From Squalus acanthias (taxonomy: Eukaryota), in assembly GCA_030390025.1 (NCBI GenBank), contig CM059438.1, positions 76,942,001 to 77,006,000 of the forward strand: a DNA stretch of 64,000 nt. The letters run 5' to 3'. Of this stretch, positions 25,202 to 38,441 are shown piece after piece. The translations under genes were made by a program, and so were the position numbers. The first letter of the stretch is position 1. Each line of letters starts with the position of its first letter. Below the pieces are notes generated by a model that saw nothing but the letters and a program-made list of their open reading frames with translations, did no database searches and had not been told where the DNA came from.

Positions 25202-27029
25202 GTATGATTTCTTTTTTTAATGGAAAACATACATGCATTTTGGGAAGTCTCCATACAGTTTCATTATGTGGTACTTCGACATTGACGCAAGAGGTTGTTT
25301 GTATTGTTAACTGCATGTTGGAGACCACACGCTTTGGAAGGGTCAGGGTAATTTGAAGGTGTCCCTCACATTCAGCCGAATTGAGGACATTTCAGAGATC
25401 CTGCCTGCATGGCGGTGTTGCGGGAGGGGCAGTTGTCTCAGGGTTAGGTTGTTAGCATATATGCGTCTTTCACGGAATGCAAGAGAACCTTTGATAACTT
25501 ATAGCGTTCCAAGTTAACCAATTGTTACCTTCCTGTGAGTAGAGTAGGTAATAAGAAAAGGGCTTCAGACTGTGTAGTACTTCCAGAGCTCCAGGCTTAG
25601 ACTCTACGTTAAACATTCTGGCTGGCATGTTTCCCACAAGTGTTTCTTCCACATGCCATGGAGGGGGATGGCATTATGCAGCTATTACTGACCACTGTAT
25701 TAACTTAGCAGGGTTCCCGGAGGAGCTCTTTCTCCAGTGGCTAGGCTCCATCGGCACAGACCGCCTGGGTGTGTAGGAATTGAGAATCTCAATTTAGCTT
25801 CAGGGCTGCTGTCCGGAATGCCTGAATGCAGGGAATGACCAGAATATGTGTAATGTTGTGATTTTTCTGTCCCAACGCTCCTCCAACAGTCATCCCACAG
25901 AGATAGGTGTAATTTGTGAAGCATTGGGGGTAGTTCTGTACTCTCCACTATTAAGCTGTCCCTTTCACATTCTACGGCAACTGGTATTTGTGAGGCGTTT
26001 GCTTCCATACCTGCCTCCATTCTTCCTCTGCTAACTGCCAGCCCAGGCCCCATTCCCTGGCTTCCCTGTGTGATTTCTAAATGCCTAATGCAATAGCGGG
26101 TTGGTGTATTAGTGAATAATACCGACTAAGTGCGACTTGAACAACAGGCTAAAATGGCACCATTAATACCAGCAGGTGATCTAAAACACAGATTGCAAAT
26201 ATGGACAGTTTCAGAATAGCTTCTGTGGGACTATATTCTGATATCGTCAGTAGCACTGATTTAAGAGTTTTGTAGAGTAAAATTGATATTTATTTGTATT
26301 TCGTGTTGTGTACAAGTGATCTTGAATTATGTAATTCTGCTGCAGATGTGAGTAGAGGTGGGCCTGTGAATAGAAAGCTCCATTAGTGTCAGCTCAGGAA
26401 GACTTTCTACTTGGACAATCTATAAGCAGATAAATCTATGATATAGTTTTAAACGTGAAAACAAACCACAGAGACATCAATATATTTGCTAACATCTCAC
26501 TGAAATATTTTGATTTATGTAGAATTAAGGTCGCCTTCAACTGTAATTGTATGGATTTAATTTTCTTTGGAACTCTCCAGTTGGAATGATGAGACCCAGC
26601 ATATACTTCTGCAGCCTTGCTCAGTCCAGCCCACTAAATCTGCAGGAGGAAATAATCATTTTTTGTGACGGTTTGCTAAATTGTTAATGTGTCACATTGC
26701 CTTGACTTTTACGAGTGCCACATAATATCAAGACAAATTTAGGCAGAAGTACATGGTTTTTATTTGGCCACTGGGAAGAGAGCAGGGTCATCAAAATATG
26801 ATCCCTCAATGTGGCAGTCATGTTTGAAATGAGTTTCCAAAAAATCTGTTACAGGTGTTTTAGCCCAATTTTTATGACTGGAGTACTCATAATTGCACCA
26901 GACTTAATTTATTGAACACAAGTCAGATAATTCTTGTTTTTCTTATAAGCACAAATCACTAAAAGCTTATTTTTGAAAGAGATTTTAAAATGTGAAATAC
27001 CTAGGGAATGCCTTAACTTAGGGCACAGA

Positions 27030-28246
27030 ATGTACTCTGGGTGGGGGACTTCAACGTCCATCACCAAGAGTGACTCGGTAGCACCACTACTGGCCGAGTT
27101 CCGAAGGACATAACTTCCAGACTGGGCCTGCGACAGGTGGTGAGAGAACCAACACGAGGGAAAAACCGACTTGACGCCCTCACCAATCTACCTGCCGCAG
27201 ATGCATCTGTCCATGACAGCATTGGTAGCAGTGACCACCGCACAGTCATTGTGGAGACGAAGTCCCGTCTTTACACTGAGGGCACCCTCCATCGTGTTGT
27301 GTGGCACTACCACTGTGCTAAATGGGATAGATTCAGAACAGATCTAGCAGCTCAAAACTGGGCATCCATGAGGCACTGTGGGCCATCAGCAGCAGCAGAA
27401 TTGTATTCCACCACAAGCTGTAACCTCATGGCCCGGCATATCCCTCACTCTACCATTACCACCAAGTCACAGAAGTGCCAGACAATGACATACTCCAACA
27501 AGCGAGAGTCTAACCACCTCCCCTTGACATTCAACGGCATTACCATCGCCGAATCCCCCACCATCAACATCCTGGGGGGGTCACCATTGACCAGAAATAT
27601 AACTGGACCAGCCACATAAATACTGCGGCAACAAGAGCAGGTCAGAGGCTAGGTATTCTGCGGCGAGTGTCTCACCTCCTGACTCCCCAAAGCCTTACCA
27701 CCATCTACAAGGCACAAGTAAGGAGTGTGATGGAATACTCTCCACTTGCCTGGATGAGTGCAGCTCCAACAACACTCAAGAAGCTCGACACCATCCAGGA
27801 CAAAGCAGCCCGCTTGATTGGCATCCCATCCATCACCTTGAACATTCACTCCCTCCACCACCGGCATACCGTGGCTGCAGTGTGTACCATCTACAAGATG
27901 CACTGCAGCAACTCGCCAAGGCTTCTTCGGCAGCACCTCCCAAACCCGCGACCTCTTCCACCTAGAAGGACAAGGGCAGCAGACACATGGGAACACCACC
28001 ACCTACAAGTTCCCCTCCAAGTCACACACCATCGTGACTTAGAGGTATATCGCCGATCCTTCATCGTCACTGGGTCAAAATCCTGGAACTCCCTACCTAA
28101 CAGCACTGTGGGAGTACCTTCACCACACGGACTGCAGCGGTTCAAGAAGGCGGCTCACCACCACCTTCTCAAGGGCAATTAGGGATGGGCAATAAATGCT
28201 GACCTTGCCAGCGACACCCAGATCCCATAAGCGAATAAAAAAAAAA
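27030..28246 (+). mobile_element. Internally deleted CR1/L2-group LINE of a distinct family
   Basis: APE motifs GDFNVHH (27044 onward) and IGSSDH. C-terminal ORF 27667-28182 (IYKAQVRSVMEYSPLAW..WNSLP). Ends GCAATAAATGC...AATAAAAAAAAAA. The RT domain is missing. Confidence 0.88.
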
Positions 28247-29032
28247 GCTATGCAGTAGGTGTCTACTATCTCTTTCTCTAATGCTGAAAACTAAGCTGGA
28301 AATTGTGAAAACCAAGGGAAAGTAAACTAAGAAATCTCCCCAGTGGCACATAAGTTTACTGAAGTTTGTAGCAAAAGTAAAATTGGGTTGAAAGTTGGGC
28401 CTAGCATATTTTATTCAATCATTTATTATTTCTGAACTTGTTCAGATTCTCACAGCATTTTAATTTAAATGTCATTGCCAAGCTGGACATGTTAACAATT
28501 ATTGGTACCCAGCGTGTGCCATAATTGCAATTTTTATATTTATGTCTATAATATATTAATTAAATACACCAATATTAGTATTAGAACATTGTGAAATTTA
28601 TATCACAGTGTATGATGAATTGCAAGAAGAAAGGATGCAGTGTGAGGTGTTTACAGTCTCTTCATCCACTTACATTTATCTGTTTGCATCTGTATTGTCC
28701 TTTGTTGAAGGAATGCAGCTTCCTCACCCGTGGATATTTTCATTACTTATAACAATATAACTTCTTTACTTGAGTGCTGCAGGAAAAGAGAGGCTCTTGA
28801 CTGGTTTCCCCCTCATTTCTGGTGACAAACTAACAAATGCAAATTTAACTCGCCATCCAGGGCAAGTTAGAGATAAATGTCAGCCAAGACCATGATTCTA
28901 ACTCTGATCTTGTAGTTGGATCATAGTATTTTTCTCTAGTTTATCATTCTTGAGGATTTTAACAGCTTTTCCACTAAACATAAGAACTAAGAGTGGGATG
29001 TTAGTTCTCACTATTCTGTTTTACTGTTCCAG

Positions 29033-29122
29033 AAACAGGTAGTTACATCTGTGAATACTGTGGCAAACGGTACAAGTATTACACTCCTTACCAGGAACAT
29101 GTGGCTCTGCATGCATCCTCTG
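29033..29122 (+). CDS. ZNF618: ZNF618 exon, C2H2 zinc finger 3
   Basis: TTTTACTGTTCCAG acceptor, G|GTATGT donor. Encodes (K)TGSYICEYCGKRYKYYTPYQEHVALHASS. 90 nt. Confidence 0.96.
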
Positions 29123-30393
29123 GTATGTATGATGTTCCAAACCTAAATTTGCACTTGGTATGAGTAACATATTGTAGGATTATGAAACATAAAACTAACT
29201 GAAGCGTGCAGGTAAACCAAAGCCCCTCTCCGAACGTTTGGGAATGTATAAAAGTGTGTTAGTGAGGGGCATGTTATGGGCAGGGCATTTGATCTGGTTC
29301 CTGTTCAGAGGAAGTCTCCATAATACTTGGTAACTAGAGAAGGCCAAGTTAAATTTATACACATACAATGTTTTCATGAAAATATTAGTAACAGAAGTAA
29401 ATGGAAAACATACATTAATTTCATAATTTGATATGTTTATTTTGATTTTGTTTGAGGTGGAATTATACATTGTGCCAACCACTTCCTTTTCTAAAATAAT
29501 AAAGATTGAACTTTAAAAAAAAACATTGCTTCCATGGGATGCTGCCACCAGTGATGGCAAGCAATATGTGTTCCAAGTGGGTTAATTTGGTTGATGGTTC
29601 TCGAGACAGCTGCTTTGTATCAGCAAATTAAAGTTGAATGAAGGGGGGACCCTTTAAAGTGTAATTTTTAGGACTTTGAAAACATACTTGAGAGAGAATT
29701 CCCCTTTAATAAAACCCTGATGGGAATAGAGTAAACTGCTCCATCACCTGATTAAAATGTATGCCAGTCTCTTGCCTAATTTCATTAAATTTCCCGCTTC
29801 CCTCAGTCCTGTGAAGACCTTTCATTTCAACTCTGCTCTTGCACTGGGATACTATTCCATTGGTATCAGTCGATGTCTATTATGACCATACAAAGGAACA
29901 TAGTGAATCCTACAAATTGTCATCTAGGATCAACACGTAGTCCAATTGGGAAGCATCCAAGCTGGGAAAAGTTAGCATCAGTTGGAAACCGTCGTTTCCA
30001 GTTCTGGGATCTCCAGGTCAGCATCTGGACCAGTCACCTGCTAAGGTCAACAAAGCACCTACTTGGTTTTATGGAAAACCTGAAATAGTAGGTGGTCTTG
30101 GTGTTGAAAAGTTACACATATTTACTATTTTCTCTACATGACTGTCTTACAAGATGTACAGCATTCTTGTGACACTTTAGCAAACAGATAATCCATATGT
30201 GTTTCCCAAAATTGAGGAGTTACACTTCAGGATGTTATCTTGTTTTTACTGTCAGAATTTAAATGTGACAAAGCTTCTGCAATTTCAGCAAAAAAACCCC
30301 AAAGAAATGGTCCACATAATGCTAAGTTTTTCTTTAGGGCACGACACGTTTCTTAAAAAAGAAATCTAATTACATTTCTCAAAAAATGTGCAG

Positions 30394-30480
30394 ATGCAGA
30401 GAGCCCGCTTGTCAAAAGAAGTGAAGCTAAACTGCCAAATACATGTGAAGAAAATAACAACAGCTCTCAGAATTCTAGCG
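30394..30480 (+). CDS. ZNF618: ZNF618 linker exon
   Basis: Encodes (D)AESPLVKRSEAKLPNTCEENNNSSQNSS, matching ZNF618 AES..EETNSSSQNSS. G|GTACGT donor. An alternative in-frame acceptor would start the exon at 30400. Confidence 0.88.
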
Positions 30481-30642
30481 GTACGTACAATGCATTAAAT
30501 ATATGTGGAGCACAATCCCTCAAGCGGCACATCATTGTGTTGAAGGCAAGGGAATCTGTATAGTGAATTGTTGAAAGTCTACCTTTAAAAAGTAGTTAAT
30601 TTAATCTATTTTAACTGCCACTATTAAATCAAGGATACAATG

Positions 30643-31108
30643 ATCGGAAATTTCAGTCCGCATTGGTGGGAATATTGCATGCAGGTGCCAGAAAATCGGA
30701 AGTTCTTCAACTTCTTGCTTTTTACGTTTCCAGCATTGTACGTGAAATTCCAGCCCTGGTTCTCTTCTGGCTGTGCACGCTCGAGCACCAAAGTTGCAAG
30801 AATGTCATTAGCAGTGCCGAATGCATGGATGAAAAATGTTCATCGTCCAGGAATTTTGGAGCATAAAATCCCTCCCCTATATTGCGGACAAAAAGGCAAC
30901 CATTTAAATGGACGCTGGAGTATTTAAATGAGAGCCAGCTTGTGCAGTTGTTGCGCGAGGTGGACTGCAGTGTGGGCAGCAACTTGCACCGAATAGTCCA
31001 AAAACGCAAATCTCCAATATCAAGAGTAAACGTCCATTAAGTGCAGTGATTGGATACTCAGCACAATATTTACCCTGTTTTTACATGCAATTTCTGAAAT
31101 TTCCAAGC
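30643..31108. mobile_element. Possible MITE
   Basis: GGAAATTTCAG near the left end is inverted relative to CTGAAATTTCC near the right end. Interior is CpG-enriched. No TSD established. Confidence 0.4.
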
Positions 31109-32869
31109 TTATTATTTAATTTCTTTCACTCTTCTCTGGCGGCACTTCCACAATTTGATACCAGTTAAAGCAGTGGCGTAACCCCCCTCTCTTTCACCTC
31201 ACACCCCCCACCGCCCCACCAGAGCTAGTAATGGAGGGGCTGGGGTCAATACTAATTTAGCACAAGAGGTGTTGCTTTGTGGCTTCCCTTGGGACATCCA
31301 CAATGTCTGTACCTCCACCGTGGAAACTACATCAGTCGTCACATGGCCATTCAAACAAAAATTAATAAAAATTGGACTTGTAGACCCATGACTATAAATG
31401 GGTTCCAAATGCATTTTGTGCCATTTTAAAGTTGCTAGTTTCTATTTTAATGAAGTTGTTACAGTGAGCTACCCAAAAAATATGCAGTATATTTGGCTGT
31501 ATTCTCATTCATTAGTGATTTTCTACAAGTATAGGTTGTTTTGTAGAATATAGCAGTATAATTAGAAAAGCTTATTTGTATTACAGAGCTGTGTAGGAAC
31601 AAATTGACATCTTGCATGCTACAGCATCACTACAAACTTAACTTGCTGTACTTAGGCTCTGTCTGCATATTGCATTGTGAATGCCTCTTTAAAGTAAATG
31701 CTCTTATCTCCATAAAATGTTTTACAGGAGGTGCCAGTGTACAGAAGTCGAGTCTGTCTTCTGTGAAAAGTAAGTCTGAATGGATCTTGTTGCAGTGTGT
31801 CTTGCTTTAACTTTCAATGGAAACTTGATATTTAAAACCGCAGCAAAATGTATTCTTACAAAATAAATAAATCCTGTTTTAACAAAAAATGAAGTGAAAA
31901 TCAATGCTTGAACACAACTTCTCAGAAAAAATTTATTTTGCTTGTGAAAAAATTATGGAAATTGTATACTAGTTATGGTTTGTTTAATATTTGCAGATGG
32001 CTCCACATGTCAGAGCTGTGGAAATGAGCATAAACACTGCACCTGCTTAAGACAACAGGCACATAATAGCAGAGCAAGAGGTAATTTATAAAGTGTTTGC
32101 TGTACAAATTAGAATAATAAAAATGCAATCTTTTTACAACTAAACTTTCTTCACGCCTCAAAATCATTTAATGTAGCAATGAACATATTTATTTGCACTG
32201 TATGTTTATGCATTATTACGATAATTCACTGTCTTGTAGCATTTGTCTTCACCCAGATATCCTTTAATTACCAAAGAGTATGCTAAGCTATCAAGATGGG
32301 AAATTCATAGACTTGGCTGATGATTCATTGTGACTTGTATTGTATTATATAACTGGCATAAATGTAGTATACAGCTGTATACCAATCACTGCAATTTTAT
32401 GATTGTGAATTCCCTAAAAATTTTGATTTGTTATTTTGGTGTGTTGTTGCATCTCTGTTACTGGATGCAATATCCCGCTTTAAGATATGAAAAGACAGAT
32501 GAATGTTTTGGGAGGAGATCCTTTGTTCTGACAGCTTCCACCAAAACAATTCCGCTGTCTTTTCAGATGTGAAAGGACCTGCTGGCGACATGAACATTTT
32601 TGCTTTTTATTTTGTGAAGATGTGACTGCTCATCAGATTTTACACTAATTTATGGTGGGATACTTGCTCAATTTTTTTCCTCCAAAGCATAAAATTAACA
32701 ATTGCACATCTAGAAACTATATAATATGTTCAGGCAATTTGGGAACTCACTGCAGAAGAGCTTTTTAACCTAAAGTGTAGTTCTTACCTGATTTCGCTAC
32801 ACAAAGGATACCACACCAGCGAAGGACAAAGCTAATATATTTTGTAGGAATATTTATAAAGATATAAGC

Positions 32870-33455
32870 TTCGAGTTTGATTATATTTGCCCCACCCCTT
32901 TCCCCAGTGGAAGTCGGGCAGCATGCTTTTCACATTTGCCTGACTTGACCGGCTAAATAAGCTGTTTATCCAGGTTTGGCTAAGTGTGCAGGACTACTGC
33001 CGCTAATGCGACACACATTCCAAACCAGGGGCAGGAAGGTGCGCAATGCGACAGACTTTAAAGCCTTCAGAATTTTAAAATCAAAGTGTTATTTTGGCGA
33101 GGTGTCAATCAGCAACTAAACGGCCTCCATCAACTCAGTGCAGCCCTGCCCGAGATAAGCAGAATTTGCTGGTTGTCGTCTTTCAGATCTTCCAATCTTG
33201 AGATGCAGTCCCGCAACCCCTATCGCCCAGTTTCATGGTTGGTCTTCAGGGCAGTTGTCCGCTGAGCAGTATGGCCAAAAGGTGATACAGAAGGCGTTAT
33301 GACGTTAATTCCAGTCCAATCCTTTCAGCACCAGGAAAGACGTGACGTGTGGAAATGGGATGGAAACCTCGATTATAGATTTCCATTCCTCTTTCCTGTC
33401 TCTAACAACCCAGAATTCAGTTCTCACGGAGCACAGGGGCAGGAAAATTGGCCCC
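32870..33455. mobile_element. Possible decayed Harbinger-type MITE
   Basis: GC/CpG-enriched block ending GGAAAATTGGCCCC, resembling the other GGGC..ATTTT termini in the window. Left end is unclear. Confidence 0.35.
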
Positions 33456-33682
33456 AATAATTTTGCTCGACACCGTTAACAAAATGGCCGGATTGTAAAA
33501 AGCTTTGACTGAAACATTCTTGCTGAGCCATCCTGGTCTTGGACCAAATGTACATTGTATAGCAGGTTACATTAATGTGAAGTTGTCATATTGTTTGGAA
33601 TTATGATCTTATCAGTGCTGCTTCATATTTTTCAGCCTCTAAACACTTAGATATTATTTGAATCAATTGTGCAAAATACATT

Positions 33683-34404
33683 GGGCTGGATTTTCATAGA
33701 CCCGCGGAGGCGGGTTTGGAGGCGTGTGGGGGGTTAAAATTGTGAAAAGTGGCGGGTGGACCCGATCCCGCCTCCACGCAATTTTGATGAAATCGTGTGC
33801 GGTGGTCCCGACTCCGTCCCGCCTTTAAGAGACAGGATAGGCTGTTAAGGCCCTTAACAAGCACTAAATTGGCTTTATAATGCCTTTTGAAAGGCCTTTG
33901 TGATTTTAACCCTTGATCTACATGAAGCACGCCTGTTCAGAACCACGATTGTGAAACCTGGCGGGAGCACATTTGGATAGCTGACTATCAGCTGCAGGTC
34001 CACTATTACAACGGAAATGTGATGAAGGTAGTAGTAGTATTAGGTCTGAAAGTCACCTCTAATGCTGCTGCATTGAATGTCTTCAGAGACTGCCTGGCTT
34101 TTGCAGTGAGAGGACCTGGATGCAAAAAAATTTCTCTCTCTCTCTGCTCATTTTGCATCCAGGTCCTCTCACAGCAAAAGCCAGGCAGTCTCTGAAGACA
34201 TTCAATGCAGCAGCAATGATGACATCATCAGAGGCAACTTTCAGACTGAAACCACTAATTGGTTCATGGGTTCCCACATGCTGGGACTCAATTGCCCAAT
34301 TAAGTGAAAATTGCATCAATCTCCCACATCCAATTGCAGTCGGGTGGATAACACGAAATGCGGATGACACGACCCCAACCCGCCCCAGTATCAAAATCCA
34401 GCCC
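33683..34404. mobile_element. PIF/Harbinger-like MITE with internal long hairpin
   Basis: TIRs GGGCTGGATTTTCATA / TATCAAAATCCAGCCC (15/16 match). 3-bp TSD ATT at 33680-33682 and 34405-34407. Confidence 0.85.
34063..34215. repeat. 65-bp inverted repeat (64/65 match) with 23-nt spacer
   Basis: 34063-34127 is the reverse complement of 34151-34215 with one mismatch. Confidence 0.95.
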
Positions 34405-35762
34405 ATTGTCTCCAACGGATGCTGAATAACCAAAAATATAGTTCCAAAATAGACTTCTTCATGTCTTGATTCCTTTTTTTAATAGTATAACTTGGGTGGC
34501 TCAGTGATGCAATATCTGGTGTACCAACATGCTGTTTCATAGAGCAGTAAGACACTGATTCACAGGTGATGTTCCTGATGTGCTACCTTTCTGCTCTGAG
34601 TCTGAGGTGGTACTGAGCAAAAGCTAGGCACTTCCTCTGCAGGAAGAAGGTGGAAGCAAAATGAGTCCTCCCAGATAACACTTGCACACCTCCTGCTGGC
34701 CACCTACAGAGAACACTGGCTATGGCCTGTCTGCCATCTTGCTCAAAGAATGGATGTCGCAGAAGGTAACATAGCGATGGGGGTGGTTAAAAAGAACACC
34801 AGGCTATCAGTTAAATATAAAATGTTCCCTTAAGATCATAGTCATTTCAGCAAGTGTCTAAGTAAAGCTGTAGGTGGCTGATACTGTTACTTCTGTCCAA
34901 AAGATTTCCTTGGGATATACCATTAAACCACAGTTTTAAGCAAATAATCAATTAAATCTCACTACGAAAGAACTGGATAAAGTTAGTGTCAGAACTGTCC
35001 ATCAAAGGAAGCAGAACCTCCCCACAGAGCAATCAAACATAAAATGAATTCACTTTTTGTTCCGTTGTGGCACATTAGTAAAAGTTACATAAAATAGTGA
35101 ATTTGTAAGATCATGCGGGGTGACTATTGATGGCATCCCTCAGTGGTTTATAGAATTTTCCCCGCCTTCCTCGGTTCTCGGAATTGAAGCATTCCATTTG
35201 TTTTTAACTTGATTTGAACAAATGCATGTGTTTGGTATCGAGTTAAATTCCAATTGCTGCTTAAGATCTTAACTAGATGGTATGTGTATTTTTGAGAAGG
35301 CCTTTGAGATTCGGTGACCAAATAGTGCAACAGTTATTCTTGCATATTTAAATATTGTGTGATGGGGGTGTGGTTTTTCAGTAGTAGATTTAGTCTGTCT
35401 GTATAGGCATTTTTATTAAAGAAATCTTCCATCTGGCTTTGATTTTTCAATTTTTAATTGTATCTCATTTTCTTCTTTCCTCTCCATCCATATTAGTTCC
35501 TGCATCCATGTTGTCTTTGGTTAGAAGAGGAGGATGACTTTGTAGTGGATGTCTCAATGTTGTTTACTTGGGCTCATGAGCATAGTTTAAGGGAAACTTG
35601 CCCTAGAGGATCTATTTAAGACAGTGAACTTTGCCCCTAGGAAAAGCCAATGTACTGGTCACAGTTGAGATTTGAATTTGGTGTTTCCATTTGGGAGCAC
35701 AATACTCCATTGTTGCATTGACTTTATCGTTTCTGATTTTTATCTTTTCTGTTCCACTTAAG

Positions 35763-35840
35763 AGCAATACACCTGTGGGGCATGTGGAATTCAGTTCCAG
35801 TTTTACAACAATCTAATAGAGCACATGCATTCCCACACAG
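35763..35840 (+). CDS. ZNF618: ZNF618 exon, C2H2 zinc finger 4
   Basis: Polypyrimidine tract plus TAAG acceptor; CAG|GTAAGT donor. Encodes (E)QYTCGACGIQFQFYNNLIEHMHSHT. 78 nt. Confidence 0.96.
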
Positions 35841-37176
35841 GTAAGTGTCATTTTTTTCCCTAACAATTATGTTGGTTCATTTGGGTATTAAACCCTTTTC
35901 ACTACAAATAAGTTCCATTTATTGTACTTATCAAATGTTGTTGCAGCAGGAATTTTATTGTATGCTGAGAATGTAAAGCTTTACAAAATGACATTTATCC
36001 TCATATTTTCACAAAACACCCCATCAGATCATATGATCAGATTAAAGTGCACTTAAAAATACAGTAAATTTCTTGGAAATATGTCCAAAAGGATAGCCAA
36101 GAATCATGAAGGAGTGGTGGGGGTGTGTGCTTATTCGGAAGAAACAAAACTGGACGAAGGATCAAGGAAGGAGAAGAAAGGATTGCAACTTAGAATTCAG
36201 TGTTAAATTATGATCTATCTGCTAATCTGCAGAGGAAATGTCATATTGGGCCTGCTATCTGAAAATCACACTAACATTCTTTAACTTATAATAAATTATA
36301 TATGTAATTCTACAGGCATCATTTAATCCATAATTCTTTACCATTCATTGCTATAAATAGTTCTATTTTAAATTGCCTGGTTTCACTTGCATTTTAAACA
36401 GGTATGCAAAAACAAGGTCTACATTGAAGTTGAGAGACAAGGTAGTAGCTGGAGAGGGTGTATAGCTTCCATTTATTTTATTTATATATGTTGGAAGCAG
36501 TCACCATGTTTCCGCTATTTACAGTATTTTACGAATGGGGGTTGAATAAAGCATTTTGAATAGAATTAATTCTTACTTCAAAAACTCTTATAATTTAAAG
36601 ACTGGTAAAGTTGTATCCTCCAAAGCACATCAAATCTGGACTGCCTATTAAATGCAGGTGGATCTGAACAATAAAGCATAATTAGCTATTCTACATATAT
36701 TTAAAAATGTACACAATGTGCACGCACTTGGCTACACACCTGGTGAAAGATGTGCACGGAGTGAATCCAGATGGATCACTTGTACGAACAGGGGCCTTTA
36801 TCTCATTTGCCACAAGTTCATGTATCCTTTATTAAAACCTCTTAACATATCATAAGTATACCTCATGGAAAACCACACTTGGCTCTTCTTTCAGCATATA
36901 AGGCTCGTGAGATTCAGGTGCGAGTTTCTGATCAACCTTGCCTTATTTGCCATTTTTATCATGTGGTACTTGGTTCCTGCCAAAGGTTCTATCCAAGTTT
37001 CATTTGAGTCAAGAAATCATATCACCTCATTTTTATCCACATCCTTAGTAATCGGGTCACCCTTGGAGCGTATGAAATTTCTCCGCTAATCTCAGCAGTT
37101 TTATATGAACAACAGTGTCAACCCGTTCTCCGACCCTGATCAATCTGGCCCTTGAAGCCTAGACAACTTAGAACTA

Positions 37177-37272
37177 CTCTGTGGCTCAGTTGGTAGCATC
37201 CTTGCCTCTGACTCATAAGGTTGTGGGTTCAAGTCCCAATCCAGAGACTTGAGCACTAAAATCTTGACACCC
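37177..37272 (+). mobile_element. DeuSINE head fragment
   Basis: GTGGCTCAGTTGGTAGC..AAGGTTGTGGGTTCAAGTCCC..GACTTGAGCAC matches the head of 19621-20062. Confidence 0.75.
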
Positions 37273-37982
37273 CTGACCTAAGCTACCTGATAAGTCTGTC
37301 GCTAAAAAAATGACTTACAGATGGTTTGTTAAATATATACTACATTGCTACCATCTAGCTGTCACAAAACTAAGGGCCATTCCATCCTTCATGGATATCC
37401 TGAAACAGGTGTCCATAGGTAATAAATGCAACACAGGCTACAAGAAGCAACCTACCTGCCTTTACCAAATATAGTTTGGATTCAGCAACGTGCAGGTCTA
37501 TCTTGGTAATTGGAATCTTTTATTTTCATGAACCTCCTTCCTCCTAGTCCTGATAGCTACTTGTTCACCTCTTGTATGTGGAGGATACAATCTCTCAAAC
37601 AGAGAAAGATTACATGTCTTGAGGCGTGGTCTTCATTCTTCTAAGGAGCATTTTCCACACCAGTATCTTGGGGCTTAGTGTAGATGCAAAGTGGGGGAAG
37701 CTTACCTATCTAAACTGTGGGACCAGGAATAACTGAATGTGGGATGGCGCCAATGCATGACATGACAAAACATCTTGAAAGGAGCTTGGTCCCATTGTGA
37801 CTTTCTTTTCTCCTTGCCCTCTGTCCCGCCTCCTCTCCATACCCCAAACAGTGTGATTCAGTGGTGGTCACACTCCAGCTGTGTGGGGAGTTTGTTCCAG
37901 ACAACTGAAAACCCTATACGGTTGATAATCTTTCTCTTCATTCTACTTATCCTTGTAATCCACATGACTTCTTTTTTTGTAG

Positions 37983-38144
37983 CTGATAATGAAAACAGCA
38001 TAGCAATTAAACAAGTACAGACACCTCGCACTGCTGCTGCTACTACTTCTACATCTACTTCTGCTACTGCTACTACTACAGCTGCTGCTGCTGCTTCTCC
38101 GGAGAAGAAGAATGCACATCGCCAGAGTAACTGCACAAATGATG
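37983..38144 (+). CDS. ZNF618: ZNF618 linker exon with Ala/Thr/Ser-rich tract
   Basis: TTCTTTTTTTGTAG acceptor, G|GTATGT donor. Encodes (A)DNENSIAIKQVQTPRTAAATTSTSTSATATTTAAAAASPEKKNAHRQSNCTND. 162 nt. Confidence 0.92.
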
Positions 38145-38441
38145 GTATGTACTGTATTGAAGCCCTGGGCAGAAGTGGAAAAAAAATGTTTTAAGTTTCT
38201 CACATGGCTAGATTAGTGTGGACTGAGCTGGGATATGAGTTTCTTTTTCTAATTTTAATTCTCATCAAGACAAAATATCAAATCTGTTTAATAACTCCAC
38301 ACCTCAGAGTGGTAAGAAATGGGTTTGTTGTAGGTTTCAGTTTCGCAGTCTTTCACGTGCACAAGAGAAGTAAGTGGAAGTTTGGCACTTAGCCACCAGG
38401 AGAGGGTTAATACTGGGACACCAACATTAGAAAGGTAAATG

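Noticed and set aside
32567-32626. Extra exon after TCTTTTCAG
   Set aside because: The phase-1 frame hits a stop and I found no convincing donor.
34083-34433. Overlapping antiparallel ORFs (116 and 101 aa)
   Set aside because: They are by-products of the palindromic MITE interior, with no recognisable protein motifs.
36385-36407. Recursive splice site AACAG|GTATGC
   Set aside because: Weak pyrimidine tract in an intron of only about 2.1 kb; likely chance.
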